A stretch of 64,000 nucleotides of DNA from a virus. Under the pieces are notes generated by a model that saw only the letters and a list, made by a program, of their open reading frames with translations, was not told the DNA's origin and did no database searches. The first letter of the stretch is position 1; every line of letters starts with the position of its first letter. The translations under genes and the position numbers were made by a program. Where the stretch lies: the IMG/VR virus record IMGVR_UViG_3300007351_000587. One strand, written 5' to 3'. This document shows positions 9,318-18,440 of the stretch, piece after piece.

Positions 9318-9972
9318 TGACCTTCATGGTAACTTACCTAAACTACCAGCTTGTGATTTATTGCTTATAGCGGGGGATATTTGTCCTGGTCCATACCATC
9401 CAGAAATTGTTGCAGCTGTTAAACATGCTGATTGGCTCCATAATGATTTTAGAAGATGGTTGAATAATTGTGAATGCAAACAAGCTGTGGGAATTGGTGG
9501 AAATCATGATGTGTTATTTGAAGGAAAGATGTTGATCAAAAGTCTTCAGCTTCCTTGGGTGTATTTACAGGATGAGGGTTATGAGTTTGAAGGATTAAAT
9601 GTTTGGGGATGTCCGTGGTCGGTACCTCCTGTTGTAAATGGCGGTAAATGGACATTTGAGTGGACATTTGCATGCGATAATGAAGATGATGCTAGAATCA
9701 AGTTTAATTCAATCCCTCACGACACAGATATTTTAATTACTCATTGTCCTCCTTATTCTGTTTGTGATTTGACAAGAAATGGAAAAAGACATGTTGGTTC
9801 GATGTCTTTACTTTCTACTGTGGAAAGGTTAAATTTGAAGTTGCATGTGTTTGGACATATTCATGAAGGTTTTGGTCAAATGAAGATTAAAAACACTACT
9901 TTTGCTAATGTTTCTTATCTTACTGAAGAATACAAACCAAGAAATCGAGGATGGTTAGAAATTGAATTATGA
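9298..9972 (+). CDS. Calcineurin-like metallophosphoesterase
   Basis: ISDLHG, IAGD, GNHD, ITHCPP, FGHIHE motifs. Confidence 0.88.
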   Translation: MKILAISDLHGNLPKLPACDLLLIAGDICPGPYHPEIVAAVKHADWLHNDFRRWLNNCECKQAVGIGGNHDVLFEGKMLIKSLQLPWVYLQDEGYEFEGLNVWGCPWSVPPVVNGGKWTFEWTFACDNEDDARIKFNSIPHDTDILITHCPPYSVCDLTRNGKRHVGSMSLLSTVERLNLKLHVFGHIHEGFGQMKIKNTTFANVSYLTEEYKPRNRGWLEIEL

Positions 9973-10226
9973 GTATAAATTGGGAAACATTTTATTCTGG
10001 TTCTCCTATTGAAGTTGCAGATACTATTGTTGATATTCGGAAAGACTTCACTAGGGCTGAGATGAGTCTTTGTTACGACATATTAACTCAAATGATTGAC
10101 AAATTTCCACAGTTTCGTGGGACTAAAGTTGAAGGTTATGTATTAGCATCAAAATTATTGATGATGTATGCTAAGGTAGGATTGCTCAAGACTGGACATT
10201 GTATTCAAGTTGATCCAAATCCTTAA
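9969..10226 (+). CDS. Hypothetical protein
   Basis: ORF track; ATGA overlap. Confidence 0.6.
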   Translation: MSINWETFYSGSPIEVADTIVDIRKDFTRAEMSLCYDILTQMIDKFPQFRGTKVEGYVLASKLLMMYAKVGLLKTGHCIQVDPNP

Positions 10227-10238
10227 ATAGTTTTCATA

Positions 10239-10264
10239 AAACTATTTATTGAATAGAACGTCTA
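10239..10264 (+). promoter_or_regulatory. ECF-type promoter, copy 2
   Basis: AAAC 10239-42, N16, CGTCTA 10259-64. Confidence 0.75.
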
Positions 10265-10281
10265 AGGTTTAGGAGGGGATT

Positions 10282-11256
10282 ATGGAACTTGAAGAACTTG
10301 AGCAAATGATGAAAGACGCTCGCTCTCCCAAGGAGTTTTTTGGAAGGGACGCAGCTAAGAATTTGAAGAAGTTTTTAGGTATTTGTCATCCAGATAGAAA
10401 TCCAGGTGATGCAAAAGCTGTTGAGTTATTTAAGAAAATCAATGATTGGTATGAGGAGTTGGAAACTCCTTCTGTTGTAATTAAGTCTCCTAAACGTGGC
10501 TATACTGTATTAAAGCATTTGACATCTGGTGATGTTTCTGACATATATTTAGCGGAAGCTGCTAATAAAGACTATCTTCTAAAGATATCTAGAATAGATG
10601 ATGGAGAGAAGTATTTAGAGATAGAAAAAAACACGGTAGCTGATTTGTTGACTAAAGCTGGAGATTCTACTTATTCTAAGTATTTACCAACTTTTGTTGA
10701 ATCGTTTCCGGCTAAAGACACTATTGCGAAGAGAGTAAATGTATTTACGTATGATCCTGGTTTCTATTCGTTAGAACAAGTTAAAAATCAATATAAGGAT
10801 GGTGTGGATGGAAGAGATTTGGCATGGATGTTTAATAGAATATTGACTGGTTTAGGTTTTATTCATAAATCTGGTTATGTGCACGGTGCGGTATTACCTT
10901 CACATATTTTGATTCATCCAGAGAGCCATGGTGGTAGATTTTGTGGGTTTGTTCATAGTGTGAAGATTGGTGAAAAAGTTGATACTATCTCTGTAGATTA
11001 CAAGAGTTGGTATCCAAAAGAAGTTAATGATAAGGAAAAGGTAGGTCCAGCTTCAGATATCTATATGGCTGCTAAATGTGCTGAGCGCATTATGAGAGAA
11101 GACACTCCTAGAAAGATCAAGAATTTTGTATATTCATGTATGTTGGAGAGTCCAAGTATGAGACCTAATGATGCTTGGCTCTTATATGAAGAATTCAAAG
11201 ATTTGTTATCTGATGTTTATGGTAAGAGAAAGTTTCACATTTTTACAATGAATTAA
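10282..11256 (+). CDS. Degenerate J-domain fused to an atypical Ser/Thr-kinase-like domain
   Basis: CHPDRN (HPD); kinase-like GDVSDIY, LLKISR, VHGAVLPSHILI; lacks canonical HRD/DFG. Confidence 0.75.
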   Translation: MELEELEQMMKDARSPKEFFGRDAAKNLKKFLGICHPDRNPGDAKAVELFKKINDWYEELETPSVVIKSPKRGYTVLKHLTSGDVSDIYLAEAANKDYLLKISRIDDGEKYLEIEKNTVADLLTKAGDSTYSKYLPTFVESFPAKDTIAKRVNVFTYDPGFYSLEQVKNQYKDGVDGRDLAWMFNRILTGLGFIHKSGYVHGAVLPSHILIHPESHGGRFCGFVHSVKIGEKVDTISVDYKSWYPKEVNDKEKVGPASDIYMAAKCAERIMREDTPRKIKNFVYSCMLESPSMRPNDAWLLYEEFKDLLSDVYGKRKFHIFTMN

Positions 11257-11295
11257 TTGTGTTTGTTGTAAGTAACCTTATGAAAGGGGTTTCCA

Positions 11296-12285
11296 ATGGG
11301 TACAACTAGATGGTCGGATGCTCATTATACGGATCGTATTTCGGTAAGAGCAGCAACTAATACTCCTACGTTTGCCTATGATAGTGCTGTTAAAACAGCA
11401 GCTCTGTCTGGTAAGGTTGAGGATGTTCATAAGAGTCTTAACATCAAAGATGTTAAGATGCGTGAGAGTCGGGATTCTAAGGATCACCCAACTTCAACTG
11501 CAGTAGCTGTATTGTTTGATGTAACTGGTTCTATGTCCACTGTTCCAGCTATTCTTCAGAAGAATCTTCCTAAGTTGATGGGACTGTTGATTCGTAAGGG
11601 ATATGTGGAACATCCACAAATTATGATTGGCGCCATTGGAGATGCTACTTGCGATAGATATCCAATTCAGATTGGTCAGTTTGAGTCCGGTATAGAGATG
11701 GAAGACAATCTTACTAATATTATCCTTGAAGGCGGTGGTGGTGGACAGAAGACAGAATCTTATGAACTAGCTATGTATTTTATGGCTAAACATACCAGCT
11801 TGGATTGTTTCGAGAAGAGAAACAAGAAGGGCTATTTGTTTATTGTAGGCGATGAGATGGCCTACAATAAGATTGATCGTAAGTTGGTGAAGCAGTATAT
11901 TGGTGATGATTTGGAAGCTAATCTTTCCACTAAGAATTTGGTGGAAGAATTGAAGAAGATGTATGAAGTTTATTACATTCTTCCAAAGCAGACTGCTCAC
12001 TATAATGACACGGATGTTGAGAGCTTTTGGAAGGGTTTATTGGGTCAGAATTTCCTGAAGTTGGATGATCCGGCTGGTATTAGTGAATTGATTGCTACTA
12101 CAGTTGGATTGGTTGAAGGGAATACTGATATTGAAAGCGTCAAGGAAGATTTGAAGGAAGTTGGAACTAACACTATTACTGCTGATGCAGTGTCTAGAGC
12201 GTTGGTAGAGCTTCCTAACACTGGTAAGAAGTTACCTGCTAAGGTTAAGTCCTCTAGTAAGAAATCTGGTGTTGCAAAAGTTTGA
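11296..12285 (+). CDS. vWA-domain protein
   Basis: LFDVTGSMS MIDAS motif; GGGGGQKTESYELA; FIVGDE. Confidence 0.82.
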   Translation: MGTTRWSDAHYTDRISVRAATNTPTFAYDSAVKTAALSGKVEDVHKSLNIKDVKMRESRDSKDHPTSTAVAVLFDVTGSMSTVPAILQKNLPKLMGLLIRKGYVEHPQIMIGAIGDATCDRYPIQIGQFESGIEMEDNLTNIILEGGGGGQKTESYELAMYFMAKHTSLDCFEKRNKKGYLFIVGDEMAYNKIDRKLVKQYIGDDLEANLSTKNLVEELKKMYEVYYILPKQTAHYNDTDVESFWKGLLGQNFLKLDDPAGISELIATTVGLVEGNTDIESVKEDLKEVGTNTITADAVSRALVELPNTGKKLPAKVKSSSKKSGVAKV

Positions 12286-12286
12286 T

Positions 12287-12605
12287 CCACTAATGGACCG
12301 GGTGGTGATCGGCTAAGTCATACGGTGTATCTGTTAGCTACATTTTATATGTACAAATAAAATGGCAACACCGATTTGTAATGTTGAATATTAACATCCA
12401 AGTTGGGTAACCAACAACAATCCAGTGAAAGACTGGGTGGTAACAAGCTGGGGTAATGGCGGAAGAGCGCCACTGGCAACCTGGGGAAAGAGATTCTTTC
12501 AGAACCATACTGAAAACCCAACCATCCGTAACGATATAATGTATGGGATTGCGTTACTATAGCGACTCTATTGCGGTGATGGAAAAGAATCCTTTGGATG
12601 TTAAT
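12287..12605 (+). ncRNA. Unassigned structured RNA candidate (~320 nt)
   Basis: 12-bp helix 12390-12401/12594-12605, several hairpins and a potential pseudoknot; only long intergenic gap in the region; strand inferred from neighbours. Confidence 0.55.
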
Positions 12606-12607
12606 TT

Positions 12608-12680
12608 GGACCACTGGCATGTCTGGGATTGCATCCGCCTGTTAAGCGGAATTAGCTGGGTCCGATTCCCAGGTGGTCCT
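12608..12680 (+). tRNA. tRNA-Asn(GTT)
   Basis: GGACCAC/GTGGTCC acceptor; TCCGC-CTGTTAA-GCGGA; T-arm CTGGG-TCCGATT-CCCAG; no CCA. Confidence 0.85.
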
Positions 12681-12685
12681 TTTAT

Positions 12686-13036
12686 ATGATTCTAATAACA
12701 ACCGATGAATCTGGCCAGATGGAGCAAGTTAATTCTAGAATAACAAGGCTCTTGTATTTGGTGGTTACTCAGGTTCAAATCCTGAGCAAATACCGTCGGT
12801 TGTTATTGGGTACAATGTCGGAGGATGTGATGCGAAGATTCAGCCAAGGTTGGCGTAAGTTTTATTGTGAAGATTGTAAATTTGTGTTTGAAGAAGCGAC
12901 GAGGGATTATCAAACTCCCTCGTTGTCTCTTTGTCCTAAGTGTTCAGAAGAAGTGTTTCCAATTAGTGGACGAGAAGATTTAACTCTTCCTATTGATAGA
13001 TTTGGAAACTTGAAAGGAACTTTTCCCAATGAATAG
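12686..13036 (+). CDS. Zn-ribbon (FmdB-like) protein; real start possibly 12815
   Basis: FYCEDC...CPKCS. Confidence 0.5.
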   Translation: MILITTDESGQMEQVNSRITRLLYLVVTQVQILSKYRRLLLGTMSEDVMRRFSQGWRKFYCEDCKFVFEEATRDYQTPSLSLCPKCSEEVFPISGREDLTLPIDRFGNLKGTFPNE

Positions 13037-13138
13037 AAGAACTTTTGGATTGGCTGGTCTTGTTGGATTAATGTTGTTAATTCATTAGAAACTGCTGAGC
13101 AGGGCAATCAAAAGAAGATTCAAAATGAATCATTTTCT

Positions 13139-13441
13139 ATGTTAGATTGGGTAGATAAAAATAGACGTTTGTTAAGTAAAGGATTTGTACGTCAATATGA
13201 GGAATATGTTCCTATCTTCAACGAAGATGAAGAAGTTGTAAAGTTTCACAATGTTCATATTGAATGGACAGTATTTGATAAATACAATAATGTTGGTTTT
13301 AAACCAATTAGGAAACAGTTGATGGAACCAATATGGAATAAAACATCTGGTTTATATGAACTATTACCCGTAAGTTGTTTTGCATATAACATTAATGATT
13401 ATGAATTTTCAGTAGAGTGGAACGGAAGATTATATCAGTAA
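13139..13441 (+). CDS. Hypothetical protein
   Basis: ORF track. Confidence 0.55.
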   Translation: MLDWVDKNRRLLSKGFVRQYEEYVPIFNEDEEVVKFHNVHIEWTVFDKYNNVGFKPIRKQLMEPIWNKTSGLYELLPVSCFAYNINDYEFSVEWNGRLYQ

Positions 13442-13452
13442 CAGGAGTTAAA

Positions 13453-13497
13453 ATGAGGGCCATAATTACGGTTGGATTAGGTTTTGGGAGTGTTTGA
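13453..13497 (+). pseudogene. Stranded original 5' end of the purA-like gene (MRAIITVGLGFGSV*)
   Basis: AGGAG SD at 13443; peptide nearly identical to MTKAIITVGLGWG at 14567. Confidence 0.82.
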
Positions 13498-13500
13498 AGT

Positions 13501-14574
13501 TTGAATGACAGTATGATTGTAACTGAGGATACTCCAAAAGAATTAATTGCAACATGCCCTAAGTGCAAAAACGTTGAGGTTCGTAGAAAGAAGAAAACAG
13601 GGAGAATTCCTTATTGTTTTGATTGTTTTAAGAAAACTAAACATTGTGATAAGAATGGAAATAGAACACCAAACAAAGCAATACCTTTTGAATCTCTGTG
13701 CCAATATTGCAACAGTAAGTTTTTATATTCTAAAAAGAGAAATAAACATGGAACTTTTGTTTGTGAAAATTGTATAGGGCTTCACAAGGAGAACTTATAT
13801 CAAAGAAAGAAATCTCATATAATACAAAACTACAGAGAAAATGTGGATTTGGAGAAAAGAAAGAGATTATCTAGAGAGTTACCAAAAGTTGGACTTTCTA
13901 TAGAATGGTACGATTTGTTGGAAAAGAAATGTGGAATTTGTGGCACGTGCGATTTTGCTAACAATTGGTGTTTAGATCATGATCATAATTGTTGTCCATA
14001 TGGTGAATACTGTAGTAAATGTGTCAGAGGCATTCTTTGTGAGAGATGTAATGTAGGATTAGGAGGGTTTAAGGAAAATACAGAAAGTCTATTATCGGCC
14101 ATTGGATGGATTATGCATCAGAAAGATTCTCCGCAAGGATTAGGAATTACTTGTTTATATTGTGAAAATGCATATAAACCTCAAGATAAATATAAATGGT
14201 CTCATAAAATTTGTGTGGATTGTAAATCTAAATATCCCAAGAGGGGTTGTAGAAAACAATTGAGAGACGAGTGGAAAAACAATCCAAATGTTAGAAACAG
14301 AAAAAGGTTAATTTCAAAACTCAATAAAATTGGGGTAAGTGTTGAATGGTATGAGAAATATTCACGAGCATGTGGTATTTGTGGGTGTACAGATCAATTG
14401 TCAATAGACCATAAACATGGTTGTGAGTTTTGTAATTATTATTGTTATTTGTGCATAAGAGGCTTGTTATGTAGAAATTGTAATTTTGGACTAGGATGTT
14501 TTAAAGACAACGTTAAAACACTAGAAGCAGCTATCAAATGGTTGCAAAGTAAAGGATGTAATAGAAATGACTAA
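13501..14574 (+). CDS. Endonuclease VII-like (His-Me finger) homing endonuclease with two tandem nuclease-like repeats
   Basis: CGICG...LDHDH...RGILCERCNVGLG and CGICG...IDHKH...RGLLCRNCNFGLG. Confidence 0.82.
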   Translation: MNDSMIVTEDTPKELIATCPKCKNVEVRRKKKTGRIPYCFDCFKKTKHCDKNGNRTPNKAIPFESLCQYCNSKFLYSKKRNKHGTFVCENCIGLHKENLYQRKKSHIIQNYRENVDLEKRKRLSRELPKVGLSIEWYDLLEKKCGICGTCDFANNWCLDHDHNCCPYGEYCSKCVRGILCERCNVGLGGFKENTESLLSAIGWIMHQKDSPQGLGITCLYCENAYKPQDKYKWSHKICVDCKSKYPKRGCRKQLRDEWKNNPNVRNRKRLISKLNKIGVSVEWYEKYSRACGICGCTDQLSIDHKHGCEFCNYYCYLCIRGLLCRNCNFGLGCFKDNVKTLEAAIKWLQSKGCNRND

Positions 14575-15775
14575 AGCCATTATAACTGTGGGATTGGGGT
14601 GGGGAGATGAAGGAAAGGGAAGTACCGTAGATTACCTTGTTAGAAAGTGCAATTCCAAATTAGTTGTACGGTATTGTGGTGGATCTCAAGCTGGACATAA
14701 CGTGGTTTTACCTGATGGTAGAAAACATTGCTTTTCCCAATTTGGATCAGGCACACTAGCTGGAGCTAAGACATATTTAGGGAAACACGTAATCATCCAT
14801 CCTTCCAATCTTAGAAATGAGGCAAGGCATTTGAAGGAATTAGGAATAGATAATCCAGCATCCTTGTTGACTATTAATAAGAATGCTTTAGTTTCTACTC
14901 CTTATCATGAAGCAATTAACCGTGCTAAAGAAATATCTAGATCTGATGTTTTAGTAAACACACATGGTCGTAAAGATGATTTGAGACATGGATCTTGTGG
15001 TCATGGAATTGGTGAAACCCGTAGATATTGGAAAGATTATGGAAGTGATGCTGTGTTTGTAGGGGATTTATTTGGTTCTAAGAGCGTGTTGTCTGATAAG
15101 CTTGAATTGATGCGTCAACGATTGATGGATAAAAATTATAAGCATGCTTACTTATATGATGGTGGTGTAATAGGAAAAGATGGACCTTATAACCCTGTAT
15201 GGGATGAGTTTGATCCAATTTTTACTGAAAAGATGAGTGTTGTAGTAAATGATTTGGTAAAAGATCAGTATTTTAAATATTCTGTAGATTCTAATGGTAT
15301 TCCAGAGATATGGAAGTATGAGGGGACACCAATTATATTTGAAGGGGCGCAGGGTGTACTACTTGACGAGTGGTATGGTTTTTTCCCTTATGTAACTCAT
15401 AGTACTCTTACTCCTAGATTTGCTATTGAGACGTGTGATGAAGCTAAAATTGATGATTATTATGTGTTAGGAATTAGTAGATCTTATATGACTCGCCATG
15501 GTCATGGTCCTTTTCCAACATATAGTGAAGAACTAACCGAACAGTTTAAAGATGACGGAAATCCCCAAAACCAATGGCAGGGGAGTTTAAGATGTGGTAA
15601 GTTAGATATGGGGTTATTGAGGTATTCGGTTAGATGTTGTGATGGAATTGATGGTATCGCTGTAACATGTTTGGATCAGATTAAAGACCATGAATTGAGT
15701 GAACTGGCTCCAGTTGTTCTGGAGTCTTATGGGCCAACTTATTTAGATAGAAAAGAAGTTGGTGTTTTAAATTGA
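14567..15775 (+). CDS. Divergent adenylosuccinate synthetase (PurA-like)
   Basis: GLGWGDEGKG, QAGHNV, FEGAQGVLLD, YMTRHGHGPFPT. Confidence 0.85.
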   Translation: MTKAIITVGLGWGDEGKGSTVDYLVRKCNSKLVVRYCGGSQAGHNVVLPDGRKHCFSQFGSGTLAGAKTYLGKHVIIHPSNLRNEARHLKELGIDNPASLLTINKNALVSTPYHEAINRAKEISRSDVLVNTHGRKDDLRHGSCGHGIGETRRYWKDYGSDAVFVGDLFGSKSVLSDKLELMRQRLMDKNYKHAYLYDGGVIGKDGPYNPVWDEFDPIFTEKMSVVVNDLVKDQYFKYSVDSNGIPEIWKYEGTPIIFEGAQGVLLDEWYGFFPYVTHSTLTPRFAIETCDEAKIDDYYVLGISRSYMTRHGHGPFPTYSEELTEQFKDDGNPQNQWQGSLRCGKLDMGLLRYSVRCCDGIDGIAVTCLDQIKDHELSELAPVVLESYGPTYLDRKEVGVLN

Positions 15776-16254
15776 AAGGTTATATGTTAGAGAATTTGAC
15801 AAAAGAAGAACAAGCTACTAATTATCACACAATGCGTCATATTGAGATTGTTCGTAACAATCTCAATATGTTCATTACTGATTTGTTGAAACGCGGTGAA
15901 TTACACGATCAAACTAAGTTAGAACAACCTGAAGTTGCTTATTTTTCTTTATACACTGATAAGCTGGCTACTTGTACGTATGGAAGTGCTGAGTATGAAG
16001 GTTATAGGAAAGCTATGGACCCAGCACTCACACATCATTATGCTAGAAATAGACACCATCCAGAGCATTGGAAGAATGGTATAGATGATATGAATTTGTT
16101 GGATTTATGTGAGATGTTTTGTGATTGGTTAGCAGCTAGTAAACGACATAATGATGGTAACATACTTAAAAGTATTGAAAAGAATGCTGATAGGTTTAAG
16201 ATGTCCCCTCAGTTAGTTAAGATATTTGAGAATACTGCCAAGGAGTTTCAGTAG
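15772..16254 (+). CDS. His-rich HD-like protein (DUF5662-like)
   Basis: LHDQTK...HHYARNRHHPEHW...EMFCDW. Confidence 0.7.
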   Translation: MKGYMLENLTKEEQATNYHTMRHIEIVRNNLNMFITDLLKRGELHDQTKLEQPEVAYFSLYTDKLATCTYGSAEYEGYRKAMDPALTHHYARNRHHPEHWKNGIDDMNLLDLCEMFCDWLAASKRHNDGNILKSIEKNADRFKMSPQLVKIFENTAKEFQ

Positions 16255-16255
16255 C

Positions 16256-16582
16256 ATGAGCGATGCTAAATATATTCTTTGTGTACTTGGCAAAGATGAA
16301 GAACTTAGTTTAGAACAAGCTACAAAATATGTGGCAGATTCCTTGAATAAGCAATATCAATCATCTTTGTGGAGTGGTTTGTTTACTCCAACAGAGTTTG
16401 AATACATAGATAAAAAGATGACTATTATTGGTGATTCTTGGTTTAGTGAAGAAAGAAAATGGTGTCGATATAATTTTCTTTTGAAGGGAATAGAAACAGA
16501 TACTGATTGTAATGGTGATTCACTTCCTAACCGTTTAATGTATTGGTTGGGAGAATCCAAACTAATAGAAAAACCAAAATAG
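16256..16582 (+). CDS. Hypothetical protein
   Basis: ORF track (ATG 16256). Confidence 0.55.
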   Translation: MSDAKYILCVLGKDEELSLEQATKYVADSLNKQYQSSLWSGLFTPTEFEYIDKKMTIIGDSWFSEERKWCRYNFLLKGIETDTDCNGDSLPNRLMYWLGESKLIEKPK

Positions 16583-16593
16583 GAGTTTTAGTA

Positions 16594-16938
16594 ATGGAAA
16601 TGAAATGGGAATGGACTGGTGAGCCAGCAATTTTGGAAGATATTAAGAATTGTGTTGGTGAAGGTTGGAATGGAATAATTGAAAGATTGGTTGCTGATTT
16701 GGAGAAATTAGGATGGGATGGAACAGTGGCACAAGTGAAAGAGAAGTTTGGTGGTTTGAGGTTTTATATTGGTGGTGGAACTCATGAGGTTTGGGAGAGA
16801 ATATCAGAAGCAGAAAAAGAATCAATGAATACTTGTCAAAATTGTGGCAAGCCAGGAAAAATTGATAAATGGGGTAAATGGTGGCTATTGTGCCTTTGTC
16901 CAGAATGTGGTGAAAATAGAAGGAATTCAAAATTATGA
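16594..16938 (+). CDS. Conserved phage hypothetical protein (QVKEKFGGLRFY family)
   Basis: QVKEKFGGLRFY...CQNCG...CLC; AGGAG SD. Confidence 0.72.
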   Translation: MEMKWEWTGEPAILEDIKNCVGEGWNGIIERLVADLEKLGWDGTVAQVKEKFGGLRFYIGGGTHEVWERISEAEKESMNTCQNCGKPGKIDKWGKWWLLCLCPECGENRRNSKL

Positions 16939-17444
16939 TTCGTAGAAATTTCTTGAAGAAGGTAGTATTATCTGTTGCTGGAATGTTAGGATTGGTGACA
17001 GTAGCGAAGATACAAGGATCAGAATTAACTTATAAAGATGATTGGGATGATCTTTGTAAACATATGGTGAAGAATTGTAATGCGAAAGTTGCTGAGTTTG
17101 ATTTAGGAGTTTTATATAAATTTGAAGATGGGAATTTAGATAAGGATAGAAATAGTTACGTAGAAGAAGCTTCTCAAATGGTTAAAGACAATTATTTGGG
17201 ACAGTCTTTCAGAACATCTATGTGGAGTGGAAAATTCATTCCATTCAAAGTTCAATTTTTTGAAACAAGACAAAGCCCTTCATTTATGGTTGGTACTACT
17301 GTTTGGGTAAGATTTCTTTTTAAAATGAAAGGATTTTTGTTTGAAGAAACTGAAAATGTAGATTGCAACAAAAATCAAAAAGTAAACACCATGTTTAATG
17401 GTCCATTTAAATTTTGGGTGGGTGAGAATGTGGAGATTGTTTAA
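16935..17444 (+). CDS. Hypothetical protein with Tat-like leader
   Basis: MIRRNFLKK followed by a hydrophobic stretch. Confidence 0.6.
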   Translation: MIRRNFLKKVVLSVAGMLGLVTVAKIQGSELTYKDDWDDLCKHMVKNCNAKVAEFDLGVLYKFEDGNLDKDRNSYVEEASQMVKDNYLGQSFRTSMWSGKFIPFKVQFFETRQSPSFMVGTTVWVRFLFKMKGFLFEETENVDCNKNQKVNTMFNGPFKFWVGENVEIV

Positions 17445-17824
17445 TGTATTTATTCATAGGTGAACGGCCATCTAATAAAGCATTACAGATGGGTGTTAAC
17501 TGGGAAGATGGCAGGTTAGCTGCTAAGCAGTTATTTGATGCTTTATTAGCAAATGGAATTGATCCCACTCAACAAGTGTTTATCAACTGGTTTAAGCATT
17601 TAGATGGTCCATTTGTTGCGAAAAGAGGCATCAAATCGACTATTGGTAGAATTAAGAATGTAGGGTATCAACCAGTAGCTCTTGGCAGAAGAGTTTCTAA
17701 AGCTATGACGGAAGCTCAAATAGATCATTTGTTTATGATTCATCCAGCTGCCAGGGGCAAGATTAGAAAGAAATCAAGATATATCAAACATGTTAGAAAG
17801 GTGTTGAATGGAACTCGTAGCTAA
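17444..17824 (+). CDS. Hypothetical protein (uracil-DNA-glycosylase-like fold possible)
   Basis: FIGERPS...VALG...IHPAAR pattern. Confidence 0.5.
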   Translation: MYLFIGERPSNKALQMGVNWEDGRLAAKQLFDALLANGIDPTQQVFINWFKHLDGPFVAKRGIKSTIGRIKNVGYQPVALGRRVSKAMTEAQIDHLFMIHPAARGKIRKKSRYIKHVRKVLNGTRS

Positions 17825-18398
17825 AAAATTGTATTGGATTTCTCGAATTACTTCTGGTGGATTTAAAGTGAATCTTCCAGAAGCTTCATTATTTGATATT
17901 CGTAAAGTTCAGGAGAATCCAAATCCTGATGATACTAAACTTGATTTATGGTATAAAACCATAGCAAATTTGTATACTTTGGGGAAGGCGTATTGGTTTA
18001 TTTGCAGAGATCAACTTGGAGCTATTAATGAAATATGGCCTTTGGAAACTAAATATTTATACGAGATCAATGATGGGATGAGTTCAAGGCTTTATTATTC
18101 AAGGGAAGGTCAAAAAGGATTTGAAATTCCGTATAATCAATTATGTACATTTACGTTTGAAAAGAACGAATATTCAGATTTTCAGAATGATATGAAATCT
18201 TTCATACGTGATTATAATCTTTGGGATGATTATGGTGAGGCGTGTTGGTTAGTGGCTCATGTTGTTAGAAGATTAGATATGTGTATGGAATACATGTCTA
18301 AACAATTAAATCCATTTTATGGAACCCAGATTCCTTGCAAAGTAACCTCAATGGGAAACCCATTTTATGAAAAATACCATGGAAAAAATAATGGATAG
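17808..18398 (+). CDS. Protein containing an HK97-type portal-like segment, far shorter than a portal
   Basis: NPNP...LYTLGKAYWFICRDQLGAINEIWPL. Confidence 0.55.
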   Translation: MELVAKKLYWISRITSGGFKVNLPEASLFDIRKVQENPNPDDTKLDLWYKTIANLYTLGKAYWFICRDQLGAINEIWPLETKYLYEINDGMSSRLYYSREGQKGFEIPYNQLCTFTFEKNEYSDFQNDMKSFIRDYNLWDDYGEACWLVAHVVRRLDMCMEYMSKQLNPFYGTQIPCKVTSMGNPFYEKYHGKNNG

Positions 18399-18440
18399 GT
18401 TGTTGGAGTGTGTTTGTTGGATTTGGTCTAAATTAATGAA

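Noticed and set aside
12457-12490. Cobalamin riboswitch (GCCACTG...GGGAAAG look-alike)
   Set aside because: The remaining B12-box elements (GGGAA...GGTG.AA.TCC, CCCGCAACTGT, AGACCTGCC) are absent.
12287-12605. tmRNA or RNase P RNA
   Set aside because: No tRNA-Ala-like ends or tag ORF; no GAGGAAAGTCC / ACAGAA..CGGCTTA pair in the correct order.
14567-15775. PurZ (2-aminoadenine DNA pathway)
   Set aside because: The N-terminal motif is GDEGKG with the catalytic Asp of PurA; PurZ has Ser there. No DatZ/MazZ-like neighbour was recognised.
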